Source: Octopus vulgaris (lineage: Eukaryota). From it: 64,000 bases of DNA. The stretch is from contig OX597835.1 of the NCBI GenBank assembly GCA_951406725.2, forward strand, positions 3,844,001 to 3,908,000. The letters run 5' to 3'. The position numbers and the translations under genes were made by a program. Positions 15,005-27,837 of the stretch are shown in pieces (within the stretch, counting starts at the first letter, position 1; each line of letters starts with the position of its first letter). The notes beneath the pieces were generated by a model, which saw nothing but the letters and a program-made list of their open reading frames with translations, had not been told where the DNA came from and did not search any database.

Positions 15005-15537
15005 AGGAATTTGTGGGGAGGGGGCAAGTCGATTAGATCGACCCCAGTACGCAACTGGTACTTAATTTATCGAGCTAGGCAGAATTTTAACTCTGAACAT
15101 AAAGACAGACGAAATAGCTATTTCTTTACTACCCACGAGGGGCTAAACACAGAGGGGACAAACAAGGACAGACAAACGGATTAAGTCGATTATATCGACC
15201 CCAGTGCTTAACTGGTACTTAATTTATCGACCCCGAAAGGATGAAAGGCAAAGTGGACCTCCGCGGAATTTGAACTCAGAACGTAACGGCAGCAGAGGAA
15301 ATACCTATTTCTTTACTACCTACAAGGGGCTAAGCACAGAGAGGACAAAGAAGGACAGACATAGGTATTAAGTCGATTATATCGACCCCAGTGCGTAACT
15401 GGCCCTTAATTTATCGACCCCGAAAGGATGAAAGGCAAAGTCGACCTCGGCGGAATTTGAACTCAGAACGTAACGGCAGACGAAATACCGCTAAGCATTT
15501 CGCCCAGCGTGCTAACGTTTCTGCCAGCTCGCCGCCC
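15005..15537 (-). mobile_element. SINE family B, one head plus tandem bodies
   Basis: ggcggcgagctggcagaa head, gagttcaaattcc B-box, cctttcatcctttcggggtcgataaa domain; three body units. Confidence 0.85.
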
Positions 15538-15621
15538 TAAAGAAGAGAATATTTGACAAGGAACAATTGCGATGATGAACAACTAAAAAGAATATTGAAG
15601 GAACACATCGGCAGCAGCTGT

Positions 15622-15652
<31 letters not shown>

Positions 15653-15847
15653 ACAACTAGCAATACTCGATAGTAAAACTAGTTGTATTTTCTTTTCTTT
15701 TTCTTTTTTTTTTGTTTGTTTGTTATTAGGGATATTCTTTTTTGGAATTTCAGAAAAGCCAAATACCGTTCCTTCTGTAGAGCAGCGAAAAAGATTTTTG
15801 TCAGATGTTGCAACTATTTGTCAGAAAGATACCCAAAGTTTGTAAGC

Positions 15848-15851
15848 ATGC

Positions 15852-15884
<33 letters not shown>

Positions 15885-16140
15885 TGTGTGTGTGTATGCG
15901 TGTGTGTGTGTGTGTACGTGTGGCTGTATGAGTGTGTGTGCCTGCATGTGTGTGTGTGTGTGTGTGTATGCGCGTGTGTGTGTGTGTGTACGTACGTGTG
16001 TCTGTATGAGTGTGTGTGTTCCTGCATGTGTGTGTGTGTATGCGTGTGCGTGTGTGTGTATGCGTGTGTGTGTGTGTGTGTGTGTATGTGTGTATGCGTG
16101 TGCGTGTGTGTGTGTGTATGTAAATATATATATATATATA
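15848..16140. repeat. Imperfect (TG)n microsatellite
   Basis: Direct reading. Confidence 0.9.
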
Positions 16141-16257
16141 TTTCAGGTAGTGTCAACGAAATGTTCATTCCAGCATCGGTCTTTTTCTGCGACCGAAATG
16201 CCTTAAAACTGAGACGCAAGCACATCAATCATGACGAGAGGTGCACACACACACACT

Positions 16258-16294
<37 letters not shown>

Positions 16295-16737
16295 GCACAT
16301 CTATGTATGTTATGCATGTATGTATACAGTGGCGGGGTGGAGGTACTCAACGGAATCTTTCTTTCTCTTGGCTCGAAGCCATGGGTGACGACATTTTCAC
16401 AATCGTTATGTTGCTATGGTAGCACAAAGTATAATCTCCTGACGAGCATAACCAGAGATCAGGTTTCGATCCCTAGGTTGACACACCATAGAAGGATTAT
16501 TGGAAAGCATATTACCCAATCAAATAATAAGTTTAATTATTTCACGCACCTGATTTTTTGATATTTTCTGATTATTGATGCGGTTCGATAAACTTGGTGT
16601 TTTTCTTGATGTTGGCCTCGGGATTTTTGACAAGCGAGTTTGTGAACCCTATAAAATTGATTCCTTACCTTAGGGTTAAAGAAACTCAATTATGATGCAA
16701 TAGGGCTACAGAAACACTATTATGATGACTCCTTAGC

Positions 16738-17134
16738 CAAGGACAAACAAGGACAAAGAAACGGATTAAGTCGATTATATCGACCCCAGTGCTTAACTGG
16801 TATTTATTTAATCGACCCGTAAAGGATGAAAGGCAAAGTCGACCTCGGCGGAATTCGAACTCAGAACGTAACGGCAGACGAAATACTGCGTGCTAACGAT
16901 TCTTATTTCTTTACTGCCCACAAAGGGCTACACACAGAGGGGACAAACAAAGACAGACAAACGGATTAAGTCGATTTTATCGCCCCCAGTGCGTAACTGG
17001 TACTTATTTAATCGACCCCGAAAAGATGAAAGGCAAAGTCGACCTCGGCGGAATTCGAACTCAGAACGTAACGGCAGACGAAATACCGCTAAGCATTTCG
17101 CCCGGCGTGCTAACGATTCTGCCAGCTCGCTGCC
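16738..17134 (-). mobile_element. SINE family B tandem dimer
   Basis: Two units matching 15120-15537. Confidence 0.85.
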
Positions 17135-17689
17135 TTATAAAGGTGTTATTACCATAGCGGTGCAATGGTTCGGTCATTCACCGCAAGGTTTGGTATTTTT
17201 AACGGCAAGAAAGGTAACATCGATAATATGCCTTTGGTGTTGCTATTCCAGGAGTACAATTAAAGTTAAGCGGCGATGCAGTTTGTTGGATTAATGAAAT
17301 AATTAAATCATATCGTTTCGTTTGTTAGTCATTAAGTTAAAAGAGTGCAGCTGCTAACACAATTTGTATTGGAGAGAGAAAGAGAGAGAGAGGGGGGAAG
17401 GGGTGAAGTTTGAGTGGGAGAGAGAGAGGTGGAGGAAGAGGTGTAGTTTGAGAGGGAAAGAGAGAGAGAGAGAGATACAAGAATAAAGACATCAAATAAC
17501 GTTTTTATATGTGTGGGTGAGATTATATCGCTTAGAGTGAATGGCAACGTCTTTTCAGGGCATCGGAGACCGCTAGAAAAAAGGGAGTGGTGAATGAAAT
17601 ATCAAACTAGAGATCTGACCCACACCAAGTGGTTGCAAGGAATGAACTCTGCCAAAGACAGCCAAGAATCAGATTGTGGTGTTAAAATC

Positions 17690-17940
17690 GGATGACAGGT
17701 TCTGCCATCCAAGTTGGCCATGGTGAAATTTGAACTCAGAATACAATGTGCAAGAAGAAATACCACTAGGCATCATGTCTGATGTTCCACTGCCTCAGAC
17801 GGATACTTTATTTATCGACCCCCAAAAGGATGAAAGTCAAAGTTAGTCTCGACAGGATTTGAACTCGGAATGCAAGAAACCGGAATAAAAGGCGTAAATC
17901 ATTTTGTCCCACGTCCCATCAACTCTGCCAATGTTCCACC
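17690..17940 (-). mobile_element. Old SINE family B copies
   Basis: tttatcgacccccaaaaggatgaaagtcaaag..tttgaactc. Confidence 0.55.
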
Positions 17941-18258
17941 TTGTTGTGGTGTTCATGCATGTCTAAAATATTTAAACGAAGTGGAATGATTTAACCAAGT
18001 ATCTAATCTTTAATGAGAACAATTGCTAATTTGTTCTCGCAAATTCTTTTTTAACACCATTCAAGTGTAGAACAATATATTCCACCTGTGCTCCCTGTTC
18101 AGTTGTTGAACTGTTAGAGAACCCTTAAATTTCAAGAAAAGAATACATTGAAACGAAACCTATAACTCTCTTATCCCTTATTTATAGAGTTCGGATAATT
18201 AATGCCACAAAAAGCCCTCCTCTTTTACTCCAATAATATTTCTACAATAAATATTCAC

Positions 18259-18656
18259 AGGCGCAGGAGTGGCTGTGTGGTAAGTAGCTTGCTAACCAAC
18301 CACATGGTTCCGGGTTCAGTCCCACTGCGTGGCATCTTGGGCAAGTGTCTTCTGCTATATAACCTCGGGCCGACCAATGCCTTGTGAATGGATTTGGTAG
18401 ACGGAAACTGAAAGAAGCCTGTCGTATATATGTATATATATATATATATGTATGTATGTGTGTGTGTGTTTGTGTGTCTGTGTTTGTCCCCCTAGCATTG
18501 CTTGACAACCGATGCTGGTGTGTTTACGTCCCCGTCACTGGGCTTACAAAGAATAAGTCCTGGGGTCGATTTGCTCGACTAACGGCGGTGCTCCAGCATG
18601 GCCGCAGTCAAATGACTGAAACAAGTAAAAGAATAAAAGAGTAAAAGAGTAAAGAG
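18259..18656 (+). mobile_element. SINE family A, internal deletion
   Basis: Matches 7641-8138. Confidence 0.9.
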
Positions 18657-19284
18657 CTAAGAGCAGTGTTCTATGCGATATGTCTTAGAAACGGACACCA
18701 TAGTCTATTCTGGGTGCAAACCTCTGATTTCTGATCTGTCAAAACCCTTTCAACCCCTACCTCACGACTGTTAAATATTTCCCGGCCCAAAAAGAAAAGA
18801 AAAATCACTATATAACATGGTTGTAAGTTGTTCTTCAGATAAAGAAGATGTAAACAAAACCTAATTAATATTAATTAGTTAGTAGATTTGTTAATTAATT
18901 AATTAAATCCTAGAATTCCACAGACATTTACGTATTTACATCAGAAATACTTTGTGGGGTAAATGCGGGCAGTTGATAAGAACATTATATTTAAGGCAAA
19001 AGCATGCACACGCACTATCTCGCGCGCACACACACACATATACACACACATGTTTAAAGGTTACTATAGATGCGCCATTTTTTTTTTAACTCTTAAGCCT
19101 AACAAACCTTTGGGATTGCTGTTATTTCTATCTGCCACATTCCTGTAGTTTACTGAATTCCTCCAAAGACTCACTGCTGGGACAATTAAGCTTACAAAGA
19201 GATGGTTAGTTCGGTTTCTTGTCTGAATGTTTAGTATATTACCGAAATGAACCAGAAAGATTCTATGCTGTTGCTGTTGCTGTT

Positions 19285-19611
19285 AAGAGAACGGTCTTCG
19301 TCCCAGAACTCGCAAGATGGGAGAAGTCCGAAACGTGGTCCTTTGCTATTCGTAAGACTTGCAGAAGAGAAAGCAGGTCAAGCCCCGACACCGAGAGCAT
19401 CGACGGATGGATGAATGCGCGTCCAGATTCAGCAGTTGCGTAGGAAGTCAGGGGCGAGAAACAGGAAGAAAGAGTGAGAGAAAGTTGGAGCCTCGTGGAG
19501 CTTTAGGCGTTTTCGCTCAATAAACACACACAACGCCCGGTCTGAGAATCGAAACCGCGATCCTCCGACTGCGAGTCCGCTGTCCTAACCATTGGGCCAT
19601 TGCGCCTCCAC
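19285..19611 (-). mobile_element. tRNA-derived SINE family D
   Basis: Head gtggaggcgcaatggcccaatggttagg..ggtttcgattc; flanking ctgttgctgtt repeats (probable TSD); related head at 44542-44778. Confidence 0.75.
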
Positions 19612-19729
19612 TACTGTTGCTGTTGTTCTCTGGCAGTTGACACCATTGCAAAGGAACACGAGACAATCCCAGAACAAAGATAAACTCGGACAGGTGAGTG
19701 ACAAAGATATACCTGGACAGGTGAGTGAC

Positions 19730-20400
19730 CTTGTAGCTTGGCACCTGGAGAGCTAAGTCTAAGCCGTCGAATAGCATCGTGGCTAGCTGGTTCGATCCCC
19801 AGGGCTAATGGACAGCAACTAGGATGAATTTACGAAAGGATAGTCATTCATATCTAGAAATGACCTGGAAGAAAGCTATCCATGAAGAGGCGAGTTGAAG
19901 AGGCAAACGCCAACCTCATTTCCATTATTCACTGCCGTGTCTTATCACTGGTTTTGTGCGACCAGACTGGAGCGTCTGCTCTTCCACTTCCTGTGGAAAG
20001 GACGATTTCCATTGGTCAACCGGTCTATCTGTTATCGGCGCCTTCTGGAAAGCGCGCTCGACATGCCCTACCTGTTCATACACAAACACGAGCTAAAACA
20101 GTGCAACCTACATAGTTACCTGGACGATGAGTAGGTGTGCTCTCCTTTTGTAAGGCACACTTTCTACAGATCATCTTGGCAGGGTTGCATTCTTGGGTCA
20201 AGAAATGGCTAAGAACGTGTGCCTAGTATCTGGGGAATGGATAGGCACTCAACGACCTCTGTCGGTCAAGCAATTGGATTGGTAGATGTTCCACTTGAGA
20301 AATATGGAGAGCATTTGTGGTGGTTGAGGAGCAATGACATTCTCGAGGTTGTCTCTTAGTCTGTAGGTCGAAGAAGAACAGTTGAAGGAGTCATTTGAGT
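19730..20400 (+). pseudogene. Decayed L1/Tx1 ORF2 (post-RT) fragment
   Basis: RKLSMKRRVEEAN and RLERLLFHFLWKGRFPLVNRSIC..MPYL..HELK, typical of the Tx1/L1 thumb region; frameshifts and stops present. Confidence 0.65.
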
Positions 20401-20430
20401 GAGGTTCCTCGACTGACTCTAGCTAGAACA

Positions 20431-20624
20431 GTTCTATATTTAAGAGGTGAGAAATTGTGTACATTATTTACATTATTTACATTTGACGGATATTTGTCCT
20501 CATCTTGTTTGTTGTTTGTTTCGGCTGATATACCCTCCAGCCTTCATCAGGTGTCTTGGGGAAAAATCGAACCTGGGTTCTCATTCCTAAGGTATTTTTC
20601 GATGCTATAATAATAATAATAATA

Positions 20625-20696
<72 letters not shown>

Positions 20697-20841
20697 GTTA
20701 GTGTTCAGGTCAATGCCTGGAATCGAACTCGGAATCTTGGGGTTAGTAGCCCGTGCTCTTAACCACTATGCCATATGCCCGTGTTAACAACAAACAAGAT
20801 GAGGACAAATATCCGTCAAATGTAAATAATGTAAATAATGT
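20431..20841 (-). mobile_element. tRNA-headed, (AAT)n-containing element with hammerhead tail and inverted terminal copy
   Basis: Minus strand: tRNA-like head 20780-20712, (AAT)n, HHR core at 20555-20518; tail 20461-20515 is inverted at 20787-20841. Confidence 0.7.
20518..20555 (-). ncRNA. Hammerhead core with deleted stem III
   Basis: GACAC-CUGAUGA-A-GGCUG-gaggguauau-CAGCC-GAAAC; the stem I partner gtgtt survives in the inverted arm at 20781. Confidence 0.6.
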
Positions 20842-20884
20842 CTAGATAGGGGTCTACATATACCAGGAGGACAACATCACCACG

Positions 20885-21011
20885 AAGTTACGTTTACCTT
20901 TCATCCCTTCGGGGTCGATAAAATAAAGTGCCATACTAGTGCTAAGTGTAATAGAATCGACAAAATCCCCTTCCCCTCAAAATTGCTGGCCTTGTGCCAA
21001 AATTAGAAACC
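20885..21011 (+). mobile_element. SINE family B 3' part
   Basis: cctttcatcccttcggggtcgataaaataa..ggccttgtgccaaaattagaaacc. Confidence 0.7.
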
Positions 21012-21014
21012 TCA

Positions 21015-21385
21015 ATCACTACTACTACTACTACTACCTCAACAATCATCACTAGTATTACCACCACTGCTAGCACCACTCCCACCACCAACACTATTAT
21101 TACTACTACTACTATTACTACTACCACTACCACTACTACTATCACCATTACTATTACTACCACTACAACCACTACTACCATCGTCACCCACACCCCACCA
21201 CCCCACCACCACCACCAACACCACTACTACTGCTACTACTACTACTACTAATGCTGCTGCTGCTACTACTACTACTACTACTACTAATGCTGCTGCTGCT
21301 ACTATTACTACTACTACTACTACTACTACTAATGCTGCTGCTGCTACTATTACTACTACTATTAATGCTGCTGCTGCTACTACTG

Positions 21386-21449
<64 letters not shown>

Positions 21450-21450
21450 A
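21015..21450. repeat. (ACT)n/(ACC)n/(GCT)n microsatellite
   Basis: Direct reading. Confidence 0.9.
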
Positions 21451-22344
21451 AGAATGATAGAAATAGTAAATTGCGTTGCCTCATTTCGTCAAGTCCCTTT
21501 CCATCCGTTTATGTCAGTAGTTCGGACCCCCACCCCCCCCCAGTTCGTCATGCCACAGTTTGAAGTCCTTAATTTTGTTTTAAATACTCTCTGAAATATA
21601 GTGTTGTATATTTAATTAAATCATTAATTAATTTGAAATTATTATTGCAATTGGCAAAGGAAAGAGCGATGCTATTCAGCTACCTCATTTTTTTTTTTAC
21701 GTTTTGGTCCCTTTTGAGTGAAACCCTAAAACTTTATGGTTTTGTATTAATGTAGGATATTAGAAATTGTTGTTGCTGTTGTTGTTGCTGCTGCTGCTTG
21801 GCCCTAAATCAGCTTTGATCAAGTCAAAATACCAAAGCACGTTATGGCGACCCTTTTTCCATCTTCTATTATATTTCTGATACTGTGTTTCTCTGCTCGT
21901 ATTTTCCAACATGTGTTTCTTTTAAGTCAGCCTGGGCGTGATTTTCCGGATATTTAACTGCTATGTCTAGGAGATGGAGTGACCATATATGACCATCGGT
22001 GTTCATTATATATATATATAATGTGTCCTGTTTTATCCATCAGCTAAAACTTCCATTCTATAAATTTTACCAACTTCTCTCGAGTTACCACACTTGTTAA
22101 CATGTCATACAAAACACCATAATTATTTCATTATTAAATTGGCTTAAAATTAATTATAAAACTCTCGTGTTGGGTTTTTAATTACTTTTATGGTTTTGCC
22201 AACAATGAAGAAATTCTCCCATTATTGTTATATACATACAAATATATACACACATACATACACACATACACACATACATACATACATACATACATACATA
22301 CATACATACATACATACATACATACATACATACATACACACGTG

Positions 22345-22388
<44 letters not shown>

Positions 22389-22555
22389 CATACACAAATA
22401 TATATTTAATACATATACTCTATATATGTAAATGGTCTATTTAGGTATGTGTCTGCGTGGGTGCGTGCATGTATGTATATTTATATATAGGTATTGTATA
22501 TATATATATATACACATATATATTATATATATATACAGTCTTTCTCTCTTTCTCC

Positions 22556-22599
<44 letters not shown>

Positions 22600-22601
<2 letters not shown>

Positions 22602-22690
22602 GCATGTGCCTAGTGTACCTTTATCAGACGGGTAGTCATGATGGGTATACTGGGCTTCGTATATTTTACCCCAGTGTCACTCAATAATAA
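22600..22690 (+). mobile_element. 3' fragment of the element at 23012-23450
   Basis: atgcatgtgcctRgtgtacctttatcagacgggtagtcatg..ccccagtgtcact shared. Confidence 0.75.
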
Positions 22691-22699
22691 ATATTTTTC

Positions 22700-22898
22700 C
22701 TATAGGCCTGAAATTTGCGGGGTGGGGGCCAGTCGATTATCTCGACCCCAGTACGCAACGGGTACTTAATCTATCGACCCCCGAAAGGATGAAAAGCAAA
22801 GTCGACCTCGGCGAAATTGGAACTCAGAACATAAAGACAGACGGAATGCCGCTAAGTATTTTGCTCGGCGTGCTAATGATTCTGCCAGCTCGCCGCCT
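22700..22898 (-). mobile_element. SINE family B
   Basis: Matches 15005-15537 units. Confidence 0.8.
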
Positions 22899-23011
22899 TG
22901 ATGATGATGATGATACTACTACTACTACTAATAATAATAATAATAATAATAATCATAATAATAATAATAATAATAATAATCACTGGGTAATCTGCAAAAA
23001 CCTGTATTTGC

Positions 23012-23448
23012 TCAATACCACAGATTTGCTTGTCAGTTGTTTGACCTTAACCAGTTGAGCATGTCCCTTAGTGGCTGACAATACGTGCATCTCTGATCAC
23101 GAGCAGAAGTAGTGGGGGAGCATCATGGCCATGTGTTGAGAGGGATTCTTTGGAGTTTGAATAATTCACCTCTGGAAACATAGGTGTTTCGTTCAACATC
23201 CTAAAGCAACCCTTATTCAGGGACCTTTTGAGCGGGATGGGCTACTCAACCTGAAGAAAATTCTAACTGGGCCCCACCTGCAAGGTCATGTGCTGTTTAT
23301 CTTGATATGAGATCACCATGTCGCGCACATATGGTTGTGATGCATGTGCCTGGTGTACCTTTATCAGACGGGTAGTCATGATGGGTATATTGGGCTTCGT
23401 ATATTTTACCCCAGTGTCACTTTGATGGCATGAACTGCTCTCTCACTC

Positions 23449-23450
<2 letters not shown>
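23012..23450 (+). mobile_element. Non-coding retroelement 3' region ending in (AAT)n, with long TSD
   Basis: Flanked by duplicated cactgggtaatctgcaaaaacctgtatttgc (22981-23011 and 23497-23527). Confidence 0.65.
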
Positions 23451-23496
<46 letters not shown>

Positions 23497-24083
23497 CACT
23501 GGGTAATCTGCAAAAACCTGTATTTGCCCCATGAAAAAAACTGGTGGGAACACAAACCACCTCCTGTGCTTGAAAATGACCACATCTCACTCCTCTGGAA
23601 CTTCACCATTCAAACTGACAGAAAGATAGATGCAAATAGGCCAGACATCATATTGAAAGATTTCAAACAAAGAACATGCCTCCTCATTGATATGACTGTC
23701 CCGATCGATATAAACGTATCTGTCAAGACCTACCAAAAACTGAGCAAGTATAAAGATCTTGAAATAGAAATCAGCAAAATGTGGAAACTGAAGACTAAAA
23801 CAATACCTGTTGTCATAGGTGCCCTGGGAATGGCAGAAATTCAAAAGATAGTGCTCATGGGAACTGCTCATATCCTACGCAAAATACTTTCTATGTAATC
23901 TCAAGGTTTAAAACAAAAATTTTTTTCTTTTTGTTTTTAGACATCCACTAATACAACACAAAAAACAACCAAATATATGGCACACTAGGCATAACAACAA
24001 CGTGAACTTCCAACCTGTTGTTTCTTGAGGTCTCCGGGTGAGACTTGGAGCCAACTTGTACAAATATAAAGCAAAAGTCAAAC

Positions 24084-24085
<2 letters not shown>
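23497..24085 (+). mobile_element. 5'-truncated R4/Dong-clade non-LTR element (RLE domain plus 3'UTR) in (AAT)n
   Basis: HWVICK..LWNFTIQTDRKIDANRPDII..LIDMTVP..KLSKYKDL..IPVVIGALG = PD-(D/E)xK RLE; stop at 23898; (AAT)n on both sides. Confidence 0.9.
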
Positions 24086-24140
<55 letters not shown>

Positions 24141-24142
<2 letters not shown>

Positions 24143-24425
24143 TATGAGAATGATCCCTGGCTTACCATCCCTGCAACAAGTGCAAAAGATTGTCTTAACT
24201 GGTACATCACACGTATTGAGAAGAGCATTGTCGATGTGAGAACTATTACTACCCATGTATTTTAATTTAACTTTATTTCTATCAAAAAAAAAAAAAAAAA
24301 TGAACGAACTAGTGAGTTTAGTTTAATGGCCTACCAATGTATACTATGAGTTTCTTTGCCCTAGGAGTCGGGAAGACACTCGGCAAGAAATGGAAGCAAA
24401 TTTGAAAGAAAAAGAAAAACCCATA
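24141..24425 (+). mobile_element. Second R4/Dong subfamily 3' end in (AAT)n
   Basis: 24150-24239 reads MIPGLPSLQQVQKIVLTGTSHVLRRALSM*, homologous to QKIVLMGTAHILRKILSM*. Confidence 0.8.
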
Positions 24426-24507
<82 letters not shown>

Positions 24508-24598
24508 TTTTAAAAATTCATTTCTATATTGGTTTCCAAAATTTTACTCAAATTTCTAGAAGACCCAGTCTGAGATAGTATCCAATGGTACGTGTGTA

Positions 24599-24638
<40 letters not shown>

Positions 24639-25691
24639 GTGTTATGGAAGAACTAAAAAGATATGGAAGTTTTGGACACTTTGTCCTTCGCCATGATACA
24701 GTGACGGAGATGGCAAGAATCGTGAGTCGCAGATAAGATGCGAAAATGCTTGAAGAACTATCATTGTGATTAGCCGCGGAACGGAATTGCGCGAGGGAAG
24801 TCTCTGTGGATGGGGGTGGGGTGGGGGGAATGGTGGGTAACGTCGGTCATGCGGTGAATATAGAATTGGGTAGGTGAGAGGTTGGTATTTCGGGGCGTGT
24901 AAAAGTGGGAAGTATATGAGAGAAAGAGAGAGAGACAGAGAGACGGAGGGACGGCAGTGGTGGAGTTCGTTGTAGCGACTCGGCCGATATTGGCAGAGTA
25001 GTGTCATGGCGTGTATGTTCGAGCGGGTATTTACTGCTATGAACCACAGACATACTGTTGATTGTATCAACAACACAGAAGACCTTCTGAGAAACCATTT
25101 TGAATTTTGACATTTTGATGAAAATCTTTCCCCTCCAAATTCGCTCGACCCCTACGATATTAATATCCCCTTCTCCAGCTTCATAATTCCCACAACCCCC
25201 ATCGCCGCCTCCAGTTTTCCCCCCATCTGTTCAACATAATTTTTCCACACAGAAAACCTACGAAAACTAAAAACAAAAACAAAAGCAAAAACAAAAAAAA
25301 AAAATGAAAAACAAAATCCAGTCAACTACAAAAAGCAAGCAAATATAAAAAAAAAAATGGTAAATATATGACAAGTTTCAAAGTCAGCTCTGGGGCGAGA
25401 TTTGTGTCGTGTTCTAATAAATTTAATTACCAATTGATAAGATCGGAGAAGCTAGTTTCTTATTAATTTCTCCCTCCTATCAGCTTCACCGAATCTTTAA
25501 CATTCAAAGTCAACGAATGGGATTCATTGGCCCTCAAGACCTACAAGTAATGCGCCGCAGCCCAAACCACCTATTCTCTTAGGTAATAAAAACTTGCTAA
25601 AAACACACACTATGCCACCAAAAAAGATGTGTGTTTGTATATATACGTGTGTGTGTGGTAGGTGTATACATACATACATATACACACACAC

Positions 25692-25810
<119 letters not shown>

Positions 25811-25992
25811 CGTGTGTGAGCGTGTGTGTGTGTACATATATACATACATATGAGTGCGCACATGTATCGAGAGAGGGTGGGGGCGACCTAATTTCAAACC
25901 CAAAATACTAATGAAATAAAAGTATCAAAACATGGTCTGTTTCATTTAGCCACAAGTCTAATGTATACAAACATATATACATACACAAGCGT

Positions 25993-26029
<37 letters not shown>

Positions 26030-26454
26030 GATATTTGTAAACCCAGTTGTGTATATATGCAAGTATGTATGCATCAGTACGTGTATGTGTATCTATATAT
26101 ACATGCATATATACTTACCTATCTGTACGATCACACACGCAACCATCCATCTGTATATACACCCACAAATACATTCATATACGTGTGTGTATATCTATAT
26201 AGTGAAGGACTATATATATATATATATATACTCACACATGCACACACATACACACACGCACACATGCGCGCGCGCACTTACATGCATGACTACAAAGTTA
26301 ATTTTGTCTAAATTCCAAAGAACCTTGTTTTCTGGTTACAAACCAACAATTTCTCAATTGGTGAGAAATTTGTTTAATAAATTCAGGAAACAACAAAACA
26401 AAAATAAAATGCTCGTTATTGTCAATATACTACAACCAATAATAATAATGATAA

Positions 26455-26565
26455 TAATCCTTTCTACTAAAGGCACAAGGCCTGAAATTTTAGGGGAGGG
26501 GACCAGTCGACCCCGGCTGAATTTGAACTCAGAACGTAAAGACGGACGAAATGCCGCGAAGCATT
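26455..26565 (-). mobile_element. SINE family B, internally deleted
   Basis: ctttctactaaaggcacaaggcc..tttgaactcagaacgtaaagacggacgaaa. Confidence 0.7.
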
Positions 26566-27283
26566 ATTTGACTCGTGGATTCCAAAGAGGAAGGATGTGC
26601 GTTCCTGAGCTGTAAGTTTTTGTTCCATTTTTATAAATAATATTGTTGTATCTGAAAAATGTTTACGATATTTCTGTGGCCAGGCCGTCTGGACTCTTGC
26701 TGAGCTGAGCGATTAGGCGGGACTTTACCCCTTTTGGGGTAAATTTTCAATTTAAATTCTCCAATTTTTTCATTTTCGATTTTCCTTTCTTTTTGACTTC
26801 CTTTCTCCTCTGCTGTCGGAAAACAACCAAAAAGGTTTTTTTAATTAATTGTCTCCACCCCCTCCACGCCTTAAAAGGCAGGGAGAGAGGGGGCGGCGGC
26901 CAAAGTCTTGGTAGAACATGCAACGCTGAGCAACAGAAAGAAAAAGAAGAAAAGAAGAGCAAGGAAGAAGTGGAAAAGAGCAAGGAAATCCAGATGATGG
27001 ACGCTGCTAGCATCGCAACCCCTGTGAATCCAAGCCCTCACACTACAACCACTAACACTAACTCATCGAACTCCCAACAACAACACAACCCAATGCATTA
27101 AACAGGCGAGGTTTTTGCTTCAATGGCAAAACCTAGAAATGAAATCATTGATGTTTCTGTAGAATCTCTCAAAGACGACAGAAACATGTTACAAAGAAGA
27201 AAGCGAAAGATGGGTTTCGATAAACCCCCCCCCCCCCAAGATATACAAACAATTGTACCATAGACAAGACAAACAAACGTACC

Positions 27284-27837
27284 TGAGACCCCCTTCGGTC
27301 ACGACACAGACCAAGGGATTGCACCTAGAAAGTTACCCTCCCAGGCACAAGTCCGGGCAAGGTTGTTTTATGGAAGACCACCAGTCACCCATGCATACCG
27401 GCCTCCCCACTCCACGCCACCAGTGTTATCCAAGGGAAAGGCAAAGGGGCCGATACAGCTTGGTACCTGTGACGTCGCAACTCATTTCTATAGCTGAGTG
27501 AACTGGAGAAATGTGAAATAAAGTGTCTTGCTCAAGAACACAACACGCAGCCCGGTCCGGGATTCGAGCTCACAACCTCACGATCGTAAGCTCGAATGCT
27601 CTAACCCAGTGCTTTTCAAACTTTTTGCTGGAGCGGAACCCCAAGGAAACATTCCACTGGCTCGAGGAACCCCTGTGCAATAATTTAATAGTCTTATGCA
27701 CACATATCTGCACAGAAGAATTAAAAATTACTGCCGATTTTAGCAGTTTTGTAACTTCTTGCGGAACCCCTGCACTGTACTGGCTGAAAACCATGGTTGA
27801 AAACCACTGCTCTAACCACTGAGCCATGTGCCTTCAC
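27284..27837 (-). mobile_element. tRNA-derived SINE family E with TSD
   Basis: Head gtgaaggcacatggctcagtggttagag; CORE-like gttcttgagcaagacac; TSD aaacaaacgtacc at 27271-27283 and 27838-27850; uninterrupted copy at 63224-63556. Confidence 0.9.
27607..27809. mobile_element. hAT (Charlie-like) MITE
   Basis: TIRs cagtgcttttcaaac / ggttgaaaaccactg; 8-bp TSD ctctaacc. Confidence 0.9.

Noticed and set aside
15005-15537. CRISPR-like repeated units
   Set aside because: Eukaryotic SINE multimers with no unique spacers and no cas genes
20712-20780. tRNA gene
   Set aside because: Acceptor, anticodon and T stems are mispaired; treated as a SINE head. The same applies to the other SINE heads
23524-23898. 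Intact host nuclease gene
   Set aside because: 5'-truncated retrotransposon RLE domain, apparently with an internal deletion after GALG
24640-25110. More GC-rich unique stretch as a host exon or promoter
   Set aside because: No convincing frame, splice pair or motif from sequence alone
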